NCBI GenBank assembly: GCA_043799105.1
Contig: JAZDOB010000010.1
Location: 10,516 to 74,515, forward strand
Reading direction: 5' to 3'
Source: Candidatus Zambryskiibacteriota bacterium
Lineage (GTDB): Bacteria; Patescibacteriota; Minisyncoccia; Phycocordibacterales; WO2-35-19
DNA: 64,000 nucleotides
Under the pieces are notes generated by a model. That model saw nothing but the letters and a program-made list of their open reading frames with translations. It was not told the origin of the DNA and ran no database searches. This document shows positions 1 to 9,583 of this stretch, one piece after another. The translations under genes and the position numbers were made by a program. Position 1 is the stretch's first letter. Every line of letters begins with the position of its first letter.

Positions 1-2
1 TT

Positions 3-785
3 CTTGATGTCTCTTATAGCGAAACCAAACCGACGCCCGAAGAAGTGAAGGGAGTTTTGAATAATTTAAATTTCAAAGACGCTTCTGTCAGGTCTTCGGG
101 CGAAGGTTTTTTCATAAGACTCAAAGAGATATCACAGGCCGAGAAGGACTCCATAGTGAAAAACCTTTCTTTTGGCGGAAAATATTCTCCTGTAGAAAAA
201 ACTTTCAGCACAGTAGGACCAATATTAGGTAAAGAAGCCATTCAGAAATCTCTGATATCAATAATTTTAGTTCTTTTGGCCATAGTGCTTTTCATTGCTT
301 TTGCTTTTAGGAAAGTTTCCAGACCCATATCGTCCTGGATTTATGGGCTGGTAACCGTGCTGGCTCTCCTCCATGATGTTTTGGTGCCCACGGGTATATT
401 TGCCATTCTTGGGCATTTTTACGGATTTGAGGTTGATACTCTTTTCGTGACCGCCCTTCTTGTGATTCTAGGATTTTCTGTTCACGATACCATTGTGGTT
501 TTTGACAGGATCAGAGAAAATCTGCACAAAAATGAAAATTATGGCGGTAAAAAAGATTTTGAAACCATCATAGGAGAAAGTATCAACGAAACTTTCATCC
601 GTTCCATAAACACTTCCTTGACCGTGCTTTTGGCCATTTTGGTTCTTTATATTTTTGGACCGGAAACTATAAAAAATTTCACCCTTGCCCTTCTTATAGG
701 TATTTTTATCGGCACTTATTCTTCCATCTTTATTGGTTCCACTCTTCTCATAACCATAAACAATTGGAAAAAAAATAGGATATAA
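3..785 (+). CDS. secF: Protein translocase subunit SecF (5'-truncated by window edge; frame is open from nt 3)
   Basis: Translation shows the C-terminal SecD/SecF-type membrane domain (…LVTVLALLHDVLVPTGIFAILGHFYGFEVDTLFVTALLVILGFSVHDTIVVFDRIREN…). No stop lies between nt 3 and the listed GTG at 45. Confidence 0.75.
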   Translation, partial: LDVSYSETKPTPEEVKGVLNNLNFKDASVRSSGEGFFIRLKEISQAEKDSIVKNLSFGGKYSPVEKTFSTVGPILGKEAIQKSLISIILVLLAIVLFIAFAFRKVSRPISSWIYGLVTVLALLHDVLVPTGIFAILGHFYGFEVDTLFVTALLVILGFSVHDTIVVFDRIRENLHKNENYGGKKDFETIIGESINETFIRSINTSLTVLLAILVLYIFGPETIKNFTLALLIGIFIGTYSSIFIGSTLLITINNWKKNRI

Positions 786-792
786 TACCCTT

Positions 793-1038
793 ATGCACAA
801 AAATAATTTTTATATTTCATTTGGCATTTGGCTCATAATTATTCCACTGCTCGGCATTCCGATTGATTGGGCAAGAATACTTGTTTTCCTTTCCGGATTA
901 TTTTTGATTCTGGTTTCTTTGGGGCCCGTCATTCTTAAAAAATTGCAAGTTAAGCCCAAAAAGAAACAGGATTCACCAAAACAAGAATTAAAATTTTCTC
1001 CGGAAAATAACCAAATAGAAAAGGAAAAAGAAATATGA
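793..1038 (+). CDS. Small membrane protein (2 predicted TM helices, K/E-rich tail), hypothetical
   Basis: ORF with hydrophobic N-terminal half, packed between secF and the next gene. Its stop overlaps the next start (ATGA). Confidence 0.4.
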   Translation: MHKNNFYISFGIWLIIIPLLGIPIDWARILVFLSGLFLILVSLGPVILKKLQVKPKKKQDSPKQELKFSPENNQIEKEKEI

Positions 1039-2225
1039 GAAATGTGAGCAGGATTATAGGCATTTTTATTGGAGGAACAGCCATGCTGTTTCTCATTTCT
1101 TCTTTTGTTTTTTCTTCGGAAGTTTCTTATCAAAAGGACACTAATAATTTGGCGTCAACGGCAGTACAAATAAAAGAAGTAAAGCATTTAAAAACCCCGG
1201 AACCGCTTAAGGGTATCTACATGACTCAATGTGTTGCCAGTATGCCGTCGTTTCGGGAAAAACTAGCAAAACTTATTGACGAGACAGAACTTAATTCTGT
1301 GGTTATAGACATAAAAGACTACACCGGTACTATTTCTTTCAAGACTGGCAATCCCGAGATAGATGTTCTGAGTGGTTCCGGTTGTAAGGTTTCTGATATG
1401 CAGGATTTTGTGGATAGTCTACATGACAAAAACATTTATGTTATAGGCCGAGTAACGGTTTTCCAAGACCCGCTCTATGTCAAAGCTCATTCGGAATTGG
1501 CAGTCAAAAAGAAAAGCGATGGGGGAATTTGGAAAGACAGAAAGGGCATTTCTTTTATAGATGTCGGAGCCAAACCATTTTGGGACTATGTAATTTCCAT
1601 AGCCACTTCATCGTATGCAATCGGATTTGACGAAATAAATTTTGATTACATTCGTTTTCCGTCCGACGGCGATATGAAGGATATACTTTTTCCCTATACA
1701 GGCACTACTGCTAAAAAGGAAATGCTACGTCAATTTTTTAGTTATTTGGACTCCAAAATTGCGGGAACGGGCATTGTCACTTCGGCCGACCTTTTCGGTA
1801 TGACTACCGCCAATATCGATGATTTGAATATAGGCCAAGTTTTGGAATATGCTTTGGAAAATTTTGATTACGTTGCTCCTATGGTTTATCCATCGCATTA
1901 TCCTCCCACTTTTAACGGCTGGCCTGACCCCAATAAAGTGCCATACGAAATTGTGAAATTCAGTCTGGATGCGGCTGTAGCCAGAAATAAATTTTTATAC
2001 TCGGAAATCTCAACAAGTACAGCCTCCACAACTCCAAATTTGGGTTTGATGAAAAGAATAAATCCACTGCAACTTCGCCCGTGGCTTCAAGACAACGACT
2101 ATCCCGTCCACTACACTCCGGCCATGGTCCGCGCCCAAATCCAAGCGACTTACGACGCTGGCCTCACTTCCTGGATGCTCTGGGATCCGGCGAATACCTA
2201 CACAAAGGAAGCGTTGCTTCCTTGA
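1035..2225 (+). CDS. Putative TIM-barrel glycoside hydrolase-like protein (COG1306/DUF4015-like), signal-anchored
   Basis: N-terminal TM/signal segment. Motifs GFDEINFDYIRFPSDGD and C-terminal …TSWMLWDPANTY resemble the 'putative glycosyl hydrolase' DUF4015 family. The last ~150 nt are conspicuously GC-rich. Confidence 0.5.
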   Translation: MRNVSRIIGIFIGGTAMLFLISSFVFSSEVSYQKDTNNLASTAVQIKEVKHLKTPEPLKGIYMTQCVASMPSFREKLAKLIDETELNSVVIDIKDYTGTISFKTGNPEIDVLSGSGCKVSDMQDFVDSLHDKNIYVIGRVTVFQDPLYVKAHSELAVKKKSDGGIWKDRKGISFIDVGAKPFWDYVISIATSSYAIGFDEINFDYIRFPSDGDMKDILFPYTGTTAKKEMLRQFFSYLDSKIAGTGIVTSADLFGMTTANIDDLNIGQVLEYALENFDYVAPMVYPSHYPPTFNGWPDPNKVPYEIVKFSLDAAVARNKFLYSEISTSTASTTPNLGLMKRINPLQLRPWLQDNDYPVHYTPAMVRAQIQATYDAGLTSWMLWDPANTYTKEALLP

Positions 2226-2400
2226 CCTCACCCCTTACCCCTCTCCCCCCGCTTCGCCAAGGCTACGCCGGGCGAGTAGCCTTAGGAGAGGGGAACCATA
2301 GTTGATATAGCGGTAGTCCCCCTTGTGTTTTTTCTTTCTCCCTTCCCCTTCGCAAGGGGAAGCCCGCCCGCCTGAGCGATTCGGGCGGGGGTTGGGGATG
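2226..2400. other. GC-rich island of three consecutive strong hairpins (candidate structured ncRNA / REP-like element / terminator cluster)
   Basis: cccctctcc…ggctac-gccgggcga-gtagcc…ggagagggg (nested), cccctt-cgc-aagggg, cccgcccg-cctgagcgatt-cgggcggg. GC content is far above the flanking AT-rich DNA. Confidence 0.5.
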
Positions 2401-2425
2401 AGGTCGTTCCTATGATATAATTTAT

Positions 2426-4141
2426 TTGATGGACGAAGGAGAAAAAATAACATATTTCGCAGAAACCGATGCGCGCAATAAGCGGGTGAAGTTTGGAATT
2501 AAAGCTGAAGATAGACTGAGGCACATTTACTCCATAGGGAAAACTGGCATGGGGAAATCAACCATGCTTGAGAATATGGCCATACAAGATATCCAAAATG
2601 GCGAAGGAATGGCCTTTCTGGACCCTCACGGCAAGACGGCTGATCTTTTGCTTGATTATGTTCCCGAGCACCGTATCAAAGACGTGATTTATTTCGCTCC
2701 TTTTGATACCGAGTTTCCTATTTCTTTTAATGTAATGGAAGATGTGGGGCCGGATAAAAGACATTTGGTGGTTTCGGGGCTTATGAGCGCATTTGAAAAA
2801 ATCTGGGTGGATGCTTGGAGCGCCAGAATGGCCTACATTTTGCAGAATACTCTGGCAGCGCTTTTGGAATATCCCGGAGCAACTATGCTTGGCATAAACA
2901 GAATGCTTTCCGACAAAACTTATCGCCAAAAAGTGGTTGATAACATAACCGATCCAACAGTCAAATCTTTTTGGGTTGACGAATTTGCCAAGTATACCGA
3001 TCGGTATGCTCAAGAAGCCACACCGGCCATCCAAAACAAAGTCGGTCAGTTTACCTCCAATCCACTCATAAGAAATATCATCGGCCAGCCCAATTCTTCT
3101 TTTGATATAAGGAAAATAATGGATGAAAAAAAGATTTTCATAGTTAACCTGTCAAAAGGGCTGGTGGGAGAAAACAATGCCAACCTCTTGGGTTCAATGA
3201 TTGTGACCAAAATATATTTAGCGGCAATGTCCCGAGCTGATGTCAGTCCGCAAGAGCTTAAAAAACTGCCCAACTTTTATTTATACGTGGACGAGTTCCA
3301 GTCTTTTGCCAACAAAAGCTTTGCCGATATTTTATCCGAAGCCAGAAAATATAAACTGGGTTTGAACATTACACACCAATACATAGAACAAATGGCCGAA
3401 GAGGTAAGAGCGGCGGTATTTGGCAACGTGGGAACAATGATTGCTTTCCGGGTAGGTTCATTTGATGCCGAAGTTTTGGAAAAAGAATTTGCGCCGGTGT
3501 TTACTATGGAGGATATCGTTAATTTGGGTTTGTATCAGATATATCTGAAGCTCATGATTGACCAAGTCGCTTCGCAGCCGTTTTCAGCCACCACTTTGCC
3601 GGGTATTCCAAAACCGGAAATTTCTTTCAGGGATAAAGCATTAGAAATGTCCAGAAAAACTTATACTCACCTCAAGGCGGAAGTGGAAAAGACAATAACG
3701 GAATGGCACCAGCCGGAGCAAAAGATAGTAGCCAGTAGCAAGCAGTCAGCAACAAGGATAGAAAAAAAAGAGGAGATGGGAAAAGAAATTATAGAACCCA
3801 AAAAAGAAACACCAAAAAGTGGCGTTTTAACAAAAGCCATTGAAGAAGCAATGAAAGAAAAGCCGGCGATAAAAATAGAATCAAAGCCCGACTTCGCTAA
3901 AGCTACGACGGGCAAGAAAGAAACTATGTCGCTTCAAGAATTAAGACATAGCCACAAAGATAGAAATAAAGGACCAACACCAGAAAAAATGAATGCGCTT
4001 AGGGAAGCGTTAAATAAAGTTCAAAATTCGAATATCAAAAATCAAAATTTGAACGCAGAAAAGAAAGAGGAAACAAAAAAACCCGAGCCAATCAAAGAGG
4101 TGCCCGAAAATGTTCTTAGAAGGATATTAAAGGGAGATTAG
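2426..4141 (+). CDS. Soluble P-loop NTPase resembling type IV secretion coupling proteins (TraG/VirD4/TrwB-like) with Lys/Glu-rich disordered C-terminal tail
   Basis: Walker A GKTGMGKST. Walker B-like hhhhDEF (YLYVDEFQSF) as in VirD4/TraG. No N-terminal TM helices. ~170-aa K/E-rich low-complexity tail. A TATAAT sits at 2415-2420, just upstream; ATG at 2429 is probably the true start. Confidence 0.5.
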   Translation: MMDEGEKITYFAETDARNKRVKFGIKAEDRLRHIYSIGKTGMGKSTMLENMAIQDIQNGEGMAFLDPHGKTADLLLDYVPEHRIKDVIYFAPFDTEFPISFNVMEDVGPDKRHLVVSGLMSAFEKIWVDAWSARMAYILQNTLAALLEYPGATMLGINRMLSDKTYRQKVVDNITDPTVKSFWVDEFAKYTDRYAQEATPAIQNKVGQFTSNPLIRNIIGQPNSSFDIRKIMDEKKIFIVNLSKGLVGENNANLLGSMIVTKIYLAAMSRADVSPQELKKLPNFYLYVDEFQSFANKSFADILSEARKYKLGLNITHQYIEQMAEEVRAAVFGNVGTMIAFRVGSFDAEVLEKEFAPVFTMEDIVNLGLYQIYLKLMIDQVASQPFSATTLPGIPKPEISFRDKALEMSRKTYTHLKAEVEKTITEWHQPEQKIVASSKQSATRIEKKEEMGKEIIEPKKETPKSGVLTKAIEEAMKEKPAIKIESKPDFAKATTGKKETMSLQELRHSHKDRNKGPTPEKMNALREALNKVQNSNIKNQNLNAEKKEETKKPEPIKEVPENVLRRILKGD

Positions 4142-4176
4142 TGGCTTAAACACTGGATTTTTGATACCATAGGGGA

Positions 4177-5352
4177 GTGGAAAAATCAAGAAAAATACTC
4201 ATATTTTCGACCGCGTATTATCCATTTGTTGGGGGAGCTGAGGTGGCAATAAAAGAAATCACTGATAGGATTCCAGATATACAGTTTGACTTGATTACAG
4301 CAAAGCTAAAAAGAAATTTGCCTAAAGTTGAAAAAGTAGAAAATGTAAATGTTTACAGACTGGGTTTCGGTATTCCTGTTTTAGACAAATTTCTTTTGCC
4401 TTTTTGGGGGGCCATAAAGACCATAAAACTAAACAATAAAAATCATTATTCTGCCTATTGGTGCATGATGGTAACTTTTGCCGGTGGCGCGGCATATGTC
4501 GCTAATATTCTGAGTGACAAAAAAATCCCTGTTGTCCTGACTCTTCAGGAGGGAGATTCGGAAGAATATTTGAAAACTAAATGGTTTGGCCTGATAGATT
4601 TATCGTGGAGACTTGCTCTAAAAAGGTCTTCCGCGGTTACGGTAATTAGCAATTATTTGGGACGGAGAGCCAAAGAGTTAGGATTTTCAGAGAAATCCAC
4701 TCTTATACCCAACGGGGTGGACGTTTCTCATTACTCAGAAATTTTTTCGCTGGAAGAATTAAAAGAATTGAGTGACAGGTTAGGCAGGAAAGAGGAAAAC
4801 ACAATTATACTTATAAGCACTTCCAGATTGGTTATAAAAAATGGTCTTGACCTTGTCATCAGGGCTTTGCCACTATTGCCGGAAAATATTCACTTTTTTA
4901 ACTTCGGTTTTGGTAAAGACAAAAAGTATTTGATTGATCTGGCCGGTACATTGGGAGTTGGGTCACGTGTGCATTTAGAGGATCACCCCGGTCATGATGT
5001 CTTGCCCCAATATTTGAAGATATCTGATATTTTTATTCGCCCTTCACGTTCCGAAGGACAGGGAATATCTTTTCTTGAGGCTATGGCAGCTAAAATCCCG
5101 GTTATCGCTACACCCGTTGGAGGTATTGTTGATTTTCTGCGTGATGGAGAAACCGGTTATTTTTGCCAACCGAAAGATCCTGAGAGCATAGCTGAAACGG
5201 TCAAAAAAGTTATTTCCGATCCAAATAAAAACAAAATTGTGGAAAATGCTTATAAAATGGTAAAAGAAAAATACGACTGGGATTCAATTGCCGGAAAAAT
5301 GGGGAACGTACTGACGGACGTAAGTATGCGCGTAATTATGAAATCAAAATGA
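4177..5352 (+). CDS. Glycosyltransferase family 4 (GT-B, 'group 1')
   Basis: C-terminal GT4 signature …RPSRSEGQGISFLEAMAAKIPVIATPVGGIVDFLRDGETGY. GTG start. Confidence 0.8.
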   Translation: MEKSRKILIFSTAYYPFVGGAEVAIKEITDRIPDIQFDLITAKLKRNLPKVEKVENVNVYRLGFGIPVLDKFLLPFWGAIKTIKLNNKNHYSAYWCMMVTFAGGAAYVANILSDKKIPVVLTLQEGDSEEYLKTKWFGLIDLSWRLALKRSSAVTVISNYLGRRAKELGFSEKSTLIPNGVDVSHYSEIFSLEELKELSDRLGRKEENTIILISTSRLVIKNGLDLVIRALPLLPENIHFFNFGFGKDKKYLIDLAGTLGVGSRVHLEDHPGHDVLPQYLKISDIFIRPSRSEGQGISFLEAMAAKIPVIATPVGGIVDFLRDGETGYFCQPKDPESIAETVKKVISDPNKNKIVENAYKMVKEKYDWDSIAGKMGNVLTDVSMRVIMKSK

Positions 5353-6374
5353 GAATTCTTATTACAACAGGTATATATCCGCCCAAAATAGGAGGTCCGG
5401 CACAGTATGCCAAGAACCTTAAGGACGCATTTGAAAAAATGGGCCATGTTGTGAACGTTAAGACTTATGGTATGGAAGATAGATTACCGACTGGCATAAG
5501 ACATTTATTTTTTTTCCTTAAGATAATTCCACAAATTGCAAAGAGTAACGCGGTTTTTATCTTAGACACTTTTAGCGTGGGATGGCCTGCAGTGTTGGCT
5601 TGCAAGATATTTGGCAAGAAGGGGATTATAAGAACCGGTGGGGATTTTCTTTGGGAGCAGTATGTAGAGAGAACAAAAAAGAAGATATTGTTTAGGGACT
5701 TTTATCAGACAAAAATGACAAGTTTTTCTATGAAGGAAAGAATCATATTTAAAATTACAAAATGGACTTTGAACAACACTTCAAAAATTATTTTTTCCAC
5801 TGAATGGCAAAGAGACATTTTTGTAAAAGCCTATGGTTTAAATGTGGCAGATACTTGTATTGTTGAAAATTATTACGGGCCGAAAGCCGCCTCCGCAGAG
5901 AGCTTCGGCGAGCCAGGGGAATCCAATAAAATATTTATCGGTTCGGCGCGCAATCTGGTTTGGAAAAATTTTAATGTATTGGAACGTGTTTTTGGTAAAA
6001 TAAAAACCAAGCATCCGAAAGTTGTCCTTTTTACAGACAGCCTGCCTTATCAGCAATTTATGGAAAAAATGAGCAAATCATACGCCGTTGTACTGGTTTC
6101 TTTGGGTGATATAAGTCCCAATATGATACTTGACGCCATAAGATTAAATAGACCTTTCATATGTACCAAAGAAGTGGGCATATTTGAGCGAATTAAAGAA
6201 GCGGGGATTTTTATCGATCCCTTAAACGAAAGAGAAATAGAAATGGCAATTTTAAATTTACTAACCGAGGAGGGATACAGGAGGGCTAAAGAAAAGGTGA
6301 GAAGCTTCAATTTCACGCATACCTGGAACGAAATTGCCTCGGAGTTTATTCGGACTTTAGATTCAACAGAATGA
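5349..6374 (+). CDS. Glycosyltransferase (GT4-like, divergent)
   Basis: N-terminus MRILITTGIYPPKIGGPAQYAKNL is typical of GT4 N-domains. Start overlaps previous stop (ATGA coupling). Confidence 0.55.
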   Translation: MRILITTGIYPPKIGGPAQYAKNLKDAFEKMGHVVNVKTYGMEDRLPTGIRHLFFFLKIIPQIAKSNAVFILDTFSVGWPAVLACKIFGKKGIIRTGGDFLWEQYVERTKKKILFRDFYQTKMTSFSMKERIIFKITKWTLNNTSKIIFSTEWQRDIFVKAYGLNVADTCIVENYYGPKAASAESFGEPGESNKIFIGSARNLVWKNFNVLERVFGKIKTKHPKVVLFTDSLPYQQFMEKMSKSYAVVLVSLGDISPNMILDAIRLNRPFICTKEVGIFERIKEAGIFIDPLNEREIEMAILNLLTEEGYRRAKEKVRSFNFTHTWNEIASEFIRTLDSTE

Positions 6375-7906
6375 AAGTTATATCTATAGGCACAGATAGG
6401 AAAATATTTGCAAAAGACTCTGCTGTCAGGCGTAGAGCTGTTAAGTACGGGGAATTTTTTGAAGAAATGCACGTAATAGTTTTTTCAAAAAGAAACCATA
6501 AACATTCAGATTTCCGATACCAAATATCAAATAAAATATTTGCTTACCCGACTAATTCAAAAAGTGGTTTTTTCTATATTTGGGATGCGTTTCGTATCGG
6601 AAAAACTCTAAAATCTAATATTAAAAACTCAAGTTGTGTTGTTTCTGGGGGTGATCCTTTTGAAACCGGGGCGGTAGGAGTATTGCTCAAACTATTTTTC
6701 AATTTACCTCTCCATATCCAAGTTCATACTGATTTAATGAACAAATACTTCAGTCAATTGTCTTTATTGAATAGGATTCGTTTTTTTATTGCAGAATTTA
6801 TTTTGAGATATTCCGATAGGGTTAGAGCCGTATCAGAAAGAGTCGGAAAATCAATCAGCCCATTTTCTAAAAGTATTGATATTTTGCCAATCAAGATGGA
6901 AATAGAAGAAAGAAATTATGAAAGTGTAAAAAAACCTTTTCCATTCACACTGCTTATGGTGTGCCGTTTGGAAAAAGAAAAAAATATAGAGACTGTTTTT
7001 CGTGCTGTTAAAACGGTAAAAAATAAAGATATCGGACTTTGTATAGTGGGAGACGGTTCGCAAAAAAACAATCTTGAAAACGTGGCTAAAAATATGGGGA
7101 TTTCGGAGAAAATAATTTTTGCCGGTTGGCAAAATAATTTGGCGCCATATTACAAAATGGCAGATATCTTTGTTTCTGCTTCTTTATATGAGGGCTATGG
7201 AATCTCAATCATGGAAGCCGCTTATTTTGGAAAGCCTTTGATTCTTTCTGAAACCGGAATAGCAGGAGATATTTTTAAAGAAAATGAATCGGCTTTTGTT
7301 TGTGACGCAAAAGATTCTGCCTGTTTTGCTAAAAATATTTTAGAAATTTATAAGGACAAAGACTTGGCGCAAAAAATGGGGCAATTGGCGAAAATATCTG
7401 CCGACAAGCATTTAATTTCTGAAAAGAATTATTTTAAAGAATATGCCGATTCTATCATAAAAACCGCTGCTAATTTTAAAGAAAGAAATTTTATTTCTAG
7501 GATTATAAATTTTAAAATAACGGCTTTTAGATCAATCAGATTTTTACGGTATTTTATATGCGGTATTATCTCCGCAGCCGTCAACATAATTTTACTGTAC
7601 ATATTTACCGATATTTGGAGCATATGGTATCTGTATTCTTCTATTTTTGCTTTTCTTATCGCTCTTATTGTAAGTTTTAATCTGCAAAAATTTGTGGTTT
7701 TCAAAGATGGTAATACCGATGGACTACACCGCCAGTTTTCCAAATTTTTTATTGCGGCTGTTTTGGGTGTCATTTCGAATACCATTTTGGTTTATGTTTT
7801 TACGGATATTATTAATGTTTGGTATATATTTTCCCAAATCATTGCTGGGATTTTTGTAATGGTTCAAAACTTTATTCTATACAGATTTTTTATATTCAAT
7901 AAATGA
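6371..7906 (+). CDS. GT4 glycosyltransferase fused to C-terminal GtrA-like polysaccharide-synthesis membrane domain
   Basis: GT4 core (…SASLYEGYGISIMEAAYFGKPLILSETGIAGDIF…). The C-terminal ~130 aa has 4 TM helices with the GtrA-like pattern (FLRYFICGIISAAVNIILLYIFTD…). Confidence 0.7.
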   Translation: MKVISIGTDRKIFAKDSAVRRRAVKYGEFFEEMHVIVFSKRNHKHSDFRYQISNKIFAYPTNSKSGFFYIWDAFRIGKTLKSNIKNSSCVVSGGDPFETGAVGVLLKLFFNLPLHIQVHTDLMNKYFSQLSLLNRIRFFIAEFILRYSDRVRAVSERVGKSISPFSKSIDILPIKMEIEERNYESVKKPFPFTLLMVCRLEKEKNIETVFRAVKTVKNKDIGLCIVGDGSQKNNLENVAKNMGISEKIIFAGWQNNLAPYYKMADIFVSASLYEGYGISIMEAAYFGKPLILSETGIAGDIFKENESAFVCDAKDSACFAKNILEIYKDKDLAQKMGQLAKISADKHLISEKNYFKEYADSIIKTAANFKERNFISRIINFKITAFRSIRFLRYFICGIISAAVNIILLYIFTDIWSIWYLYSSIFAFLIALIVSFNLQKFVVFKDGNTDGLHRQFSKFFIAAVLGVISNTILVYVFTDIINVWYIFSQIIAGIFVMVQNFILYRFFIFNK

Positions 7907-9339
7907 AAGACAAAATAATTTTAATCCAAATAAACACCGCGGAAGACCATTCGGAAAAAGTTTTGCCATTGGGTATTTTATCGGTTGGAAGCGCTCTCCA
8001 CAGAGCGGGTTTTGATGTTGAACTCATAAATATTACTGAAAAGGAAATTGAGAGAACCGTCGAATTTATAATAAAACAAGATCCTATGTTGGTGGGATTT
8101 TCTGTTATGACCGGCAGACAGACCAAACATAGCGCTGAAATGTCCAAGCTTGTAAAAAACAAATCGGGCGCACTTATTTTATGGGGCGGCATACATCCTT
8201 CGCTTTTACCCAAAGAGTGTTTGGCGGAAAATTACATAGATCTGGTTATTGTCGGCGAAGGGGAGGAAACTGCAGTGGAATTGGCCCAAAAATTGATGCA
8301 GAAAAAATCTTTAGACGGTATCTTGGGTTTGGGATTTAAAGGTGGTGGACAGATAAAATTAAATCCGGCGCGCCCATTTATAAAAAATTTAGATGAATGG
8401 CCCTGGGATTTTTCATTATTGCCTATGGAGAAGTATCTCTATAAACTCGGCAAATTTAAAAGAGTAATCGCTTACAAAACCAGCCGAGGATGCCCTTTTA
8501 ATTGCTCCTTCTGTTACAATCGCGCCTTTAATCAGAGTCGCTTTCGAGCCTGGTCAATTGACCATGTACAGAGAGACATCAGTTTCTTGAAAGAAAAATA
8601 TAAAATTGATGCCATTAAATTTTATGATGATAATTTTTTTGTTGATAAAAACCGAGCGCTGACGATTTTAAGAAAAACTAATCTACCTTCTCACCTTGAG
8701 GTCAGAATAGACATGATTGATGATAATCTTGCTAAAGAATTAAAAGATCAAAACGTCTTTGACTTGCTTATTGGGGCTGAGGCGGGTAGCGACCGCATCT
8801 TATCGCTTATTAATAAAAGGATCACGGTCGATCGCATTTATTCAGCAGTCAAATCTTTGGCCAAGTTTAACGTACCCGCCTGTTATTCGGTTATTGTCGG
8901 GTTGCCAACCGAGACCGAGGCCGAATTTGAAGCTACTATTAATTTGCTCTATCAGATATACAAGATTCATCCTGAGGCAACTTTTACTCTGGGGGCCTAC
9001 ATGCCATACCCGGGATCTTTGATGTATGATATGGCTATAAAAGCCGGATTTAAACCGCCGGTCAGGACTGAAGATTGGGGTAAAATTGACCGTTTCCGCA
9101 AAGACTTTTCTTCGCCTTGGGTGGATGGTGAATATGTTTGGCGAATTCGTGAATACTTTAAACTGCTAAAATTCAAACTGGGGCCGATTAATTCTTGGTT
9201 TGATTGGCGTTTGAAACATCGGTTTTTCGCTTGGCCCATTGATATTTATCTGGTAGAGTGGCTTTCAGGTCTGGCTATCGAGGAAAAAAGTTGGTTCGGG
9301 CATCTTTTGAGGAAAAGTTACAATTTTATCAAAAAATAG
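7903..9339 (+). CDS. B12-binding (class B) radical SAM enzyme, paralog 1
   Basis: N-terminal cobalamin-binding-type domain (KIILIQINT…LPLGILSVGSALHRAGFDVELINI). Radical SAM CxxxCxxC motif (SRGCPFNCSFCYN). Confidence 0.8.
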   Translation: MKDKIILIQINTAEDHSEKVLPLGILSVGSALHRAGFDVELINITEKEIERTVEFIIKQDPMLVGFSVMTGRQTKHSAEMSKLVKNKSGALILWGGIHPSLLPKECLAENYIDLVIVGEGEETAVELAQKLMQKKSLDGILGLGFKGGGQIKLNPARPFIKNLDEWPWDFSLLPMEKYLYKLGKFKRVIAYKTSRGCPFNCSFCYNRAFNQSRFRAWSIDHVQRDISFLKEKYKIDAIKFYDDNFFVDKNRALTILRKTNLPSHLEVRIDMIDDNLAKELKDQNVFDLLIGAEAGSDRILSLINKRITVDRIYSAVKSLAKFNVPACYSVIVGLPTETEAEFEATINLLYQIYKIHPEATFTLGAYMPYPGSLMYDMAIKAGFKPPVRTEDWGKIDRFRKDFSSPWVDGEYVWRIREYFKLLKFKLGPINSWFDWRLKHRFFAWPIDIYLVEWLSGLAIEEKSWFGHLLRKSYNFIKK

Positions 9340-9356
9340 GTTAAAATCTTCTTGTT

Positions 9357-9581
9357 ATGGTTAAAATATCTATAAATAAAAAAGAGTGTATTGGTTGCAG
9401 TTTTTGCACTGATTGTGCCCCGGAGATATTTGAAATTGATGAACAGGATTTTAAATGCAAGATAAAACAGGATGGAAAGCTGGTTAATTCAATGTCAGTT
9501 AATTTATCGGCAGAACAACTGAAGCAAGTGAAAGAGGCTAAAGATGGTTGTGCGGTTCAAGCCATTGAATTGGAAGAATAA
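9357..9581 (+). CDS. Ferredoxin, single [4Fe-4S] cluster (Pyrococcus/Thermotoga-type)
   Basis: 74 aa. CIGCSFCTDCAPEIFEIDE… plus a distal Cys (DGCAVQAIELEE). Classic monocluster ferredoxin layout. Confidence 0.75.
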   Translation: MVKISINKKECIGCSFCTDCAPEIFEIDEQDFKCKIKQDGKLVNSMSVNLSAEQLKQVKEAKDGCAVQAIELEE

Positions 9582-9583
9582 AA

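Noticed and set aside
14-241. 75-aa minus-strand ORF at the window start
   Set aside because: Antisense within the secF coding region.
2081-2305. 74-aa + strand ORF (and 2235-2524 minus-strand ORFs) in the GC-rich island
   Set aside because: These are open frames generated by high GC; they overlap the well-supported 3' end of the hydrolase-like gene and the hairpin cluster.
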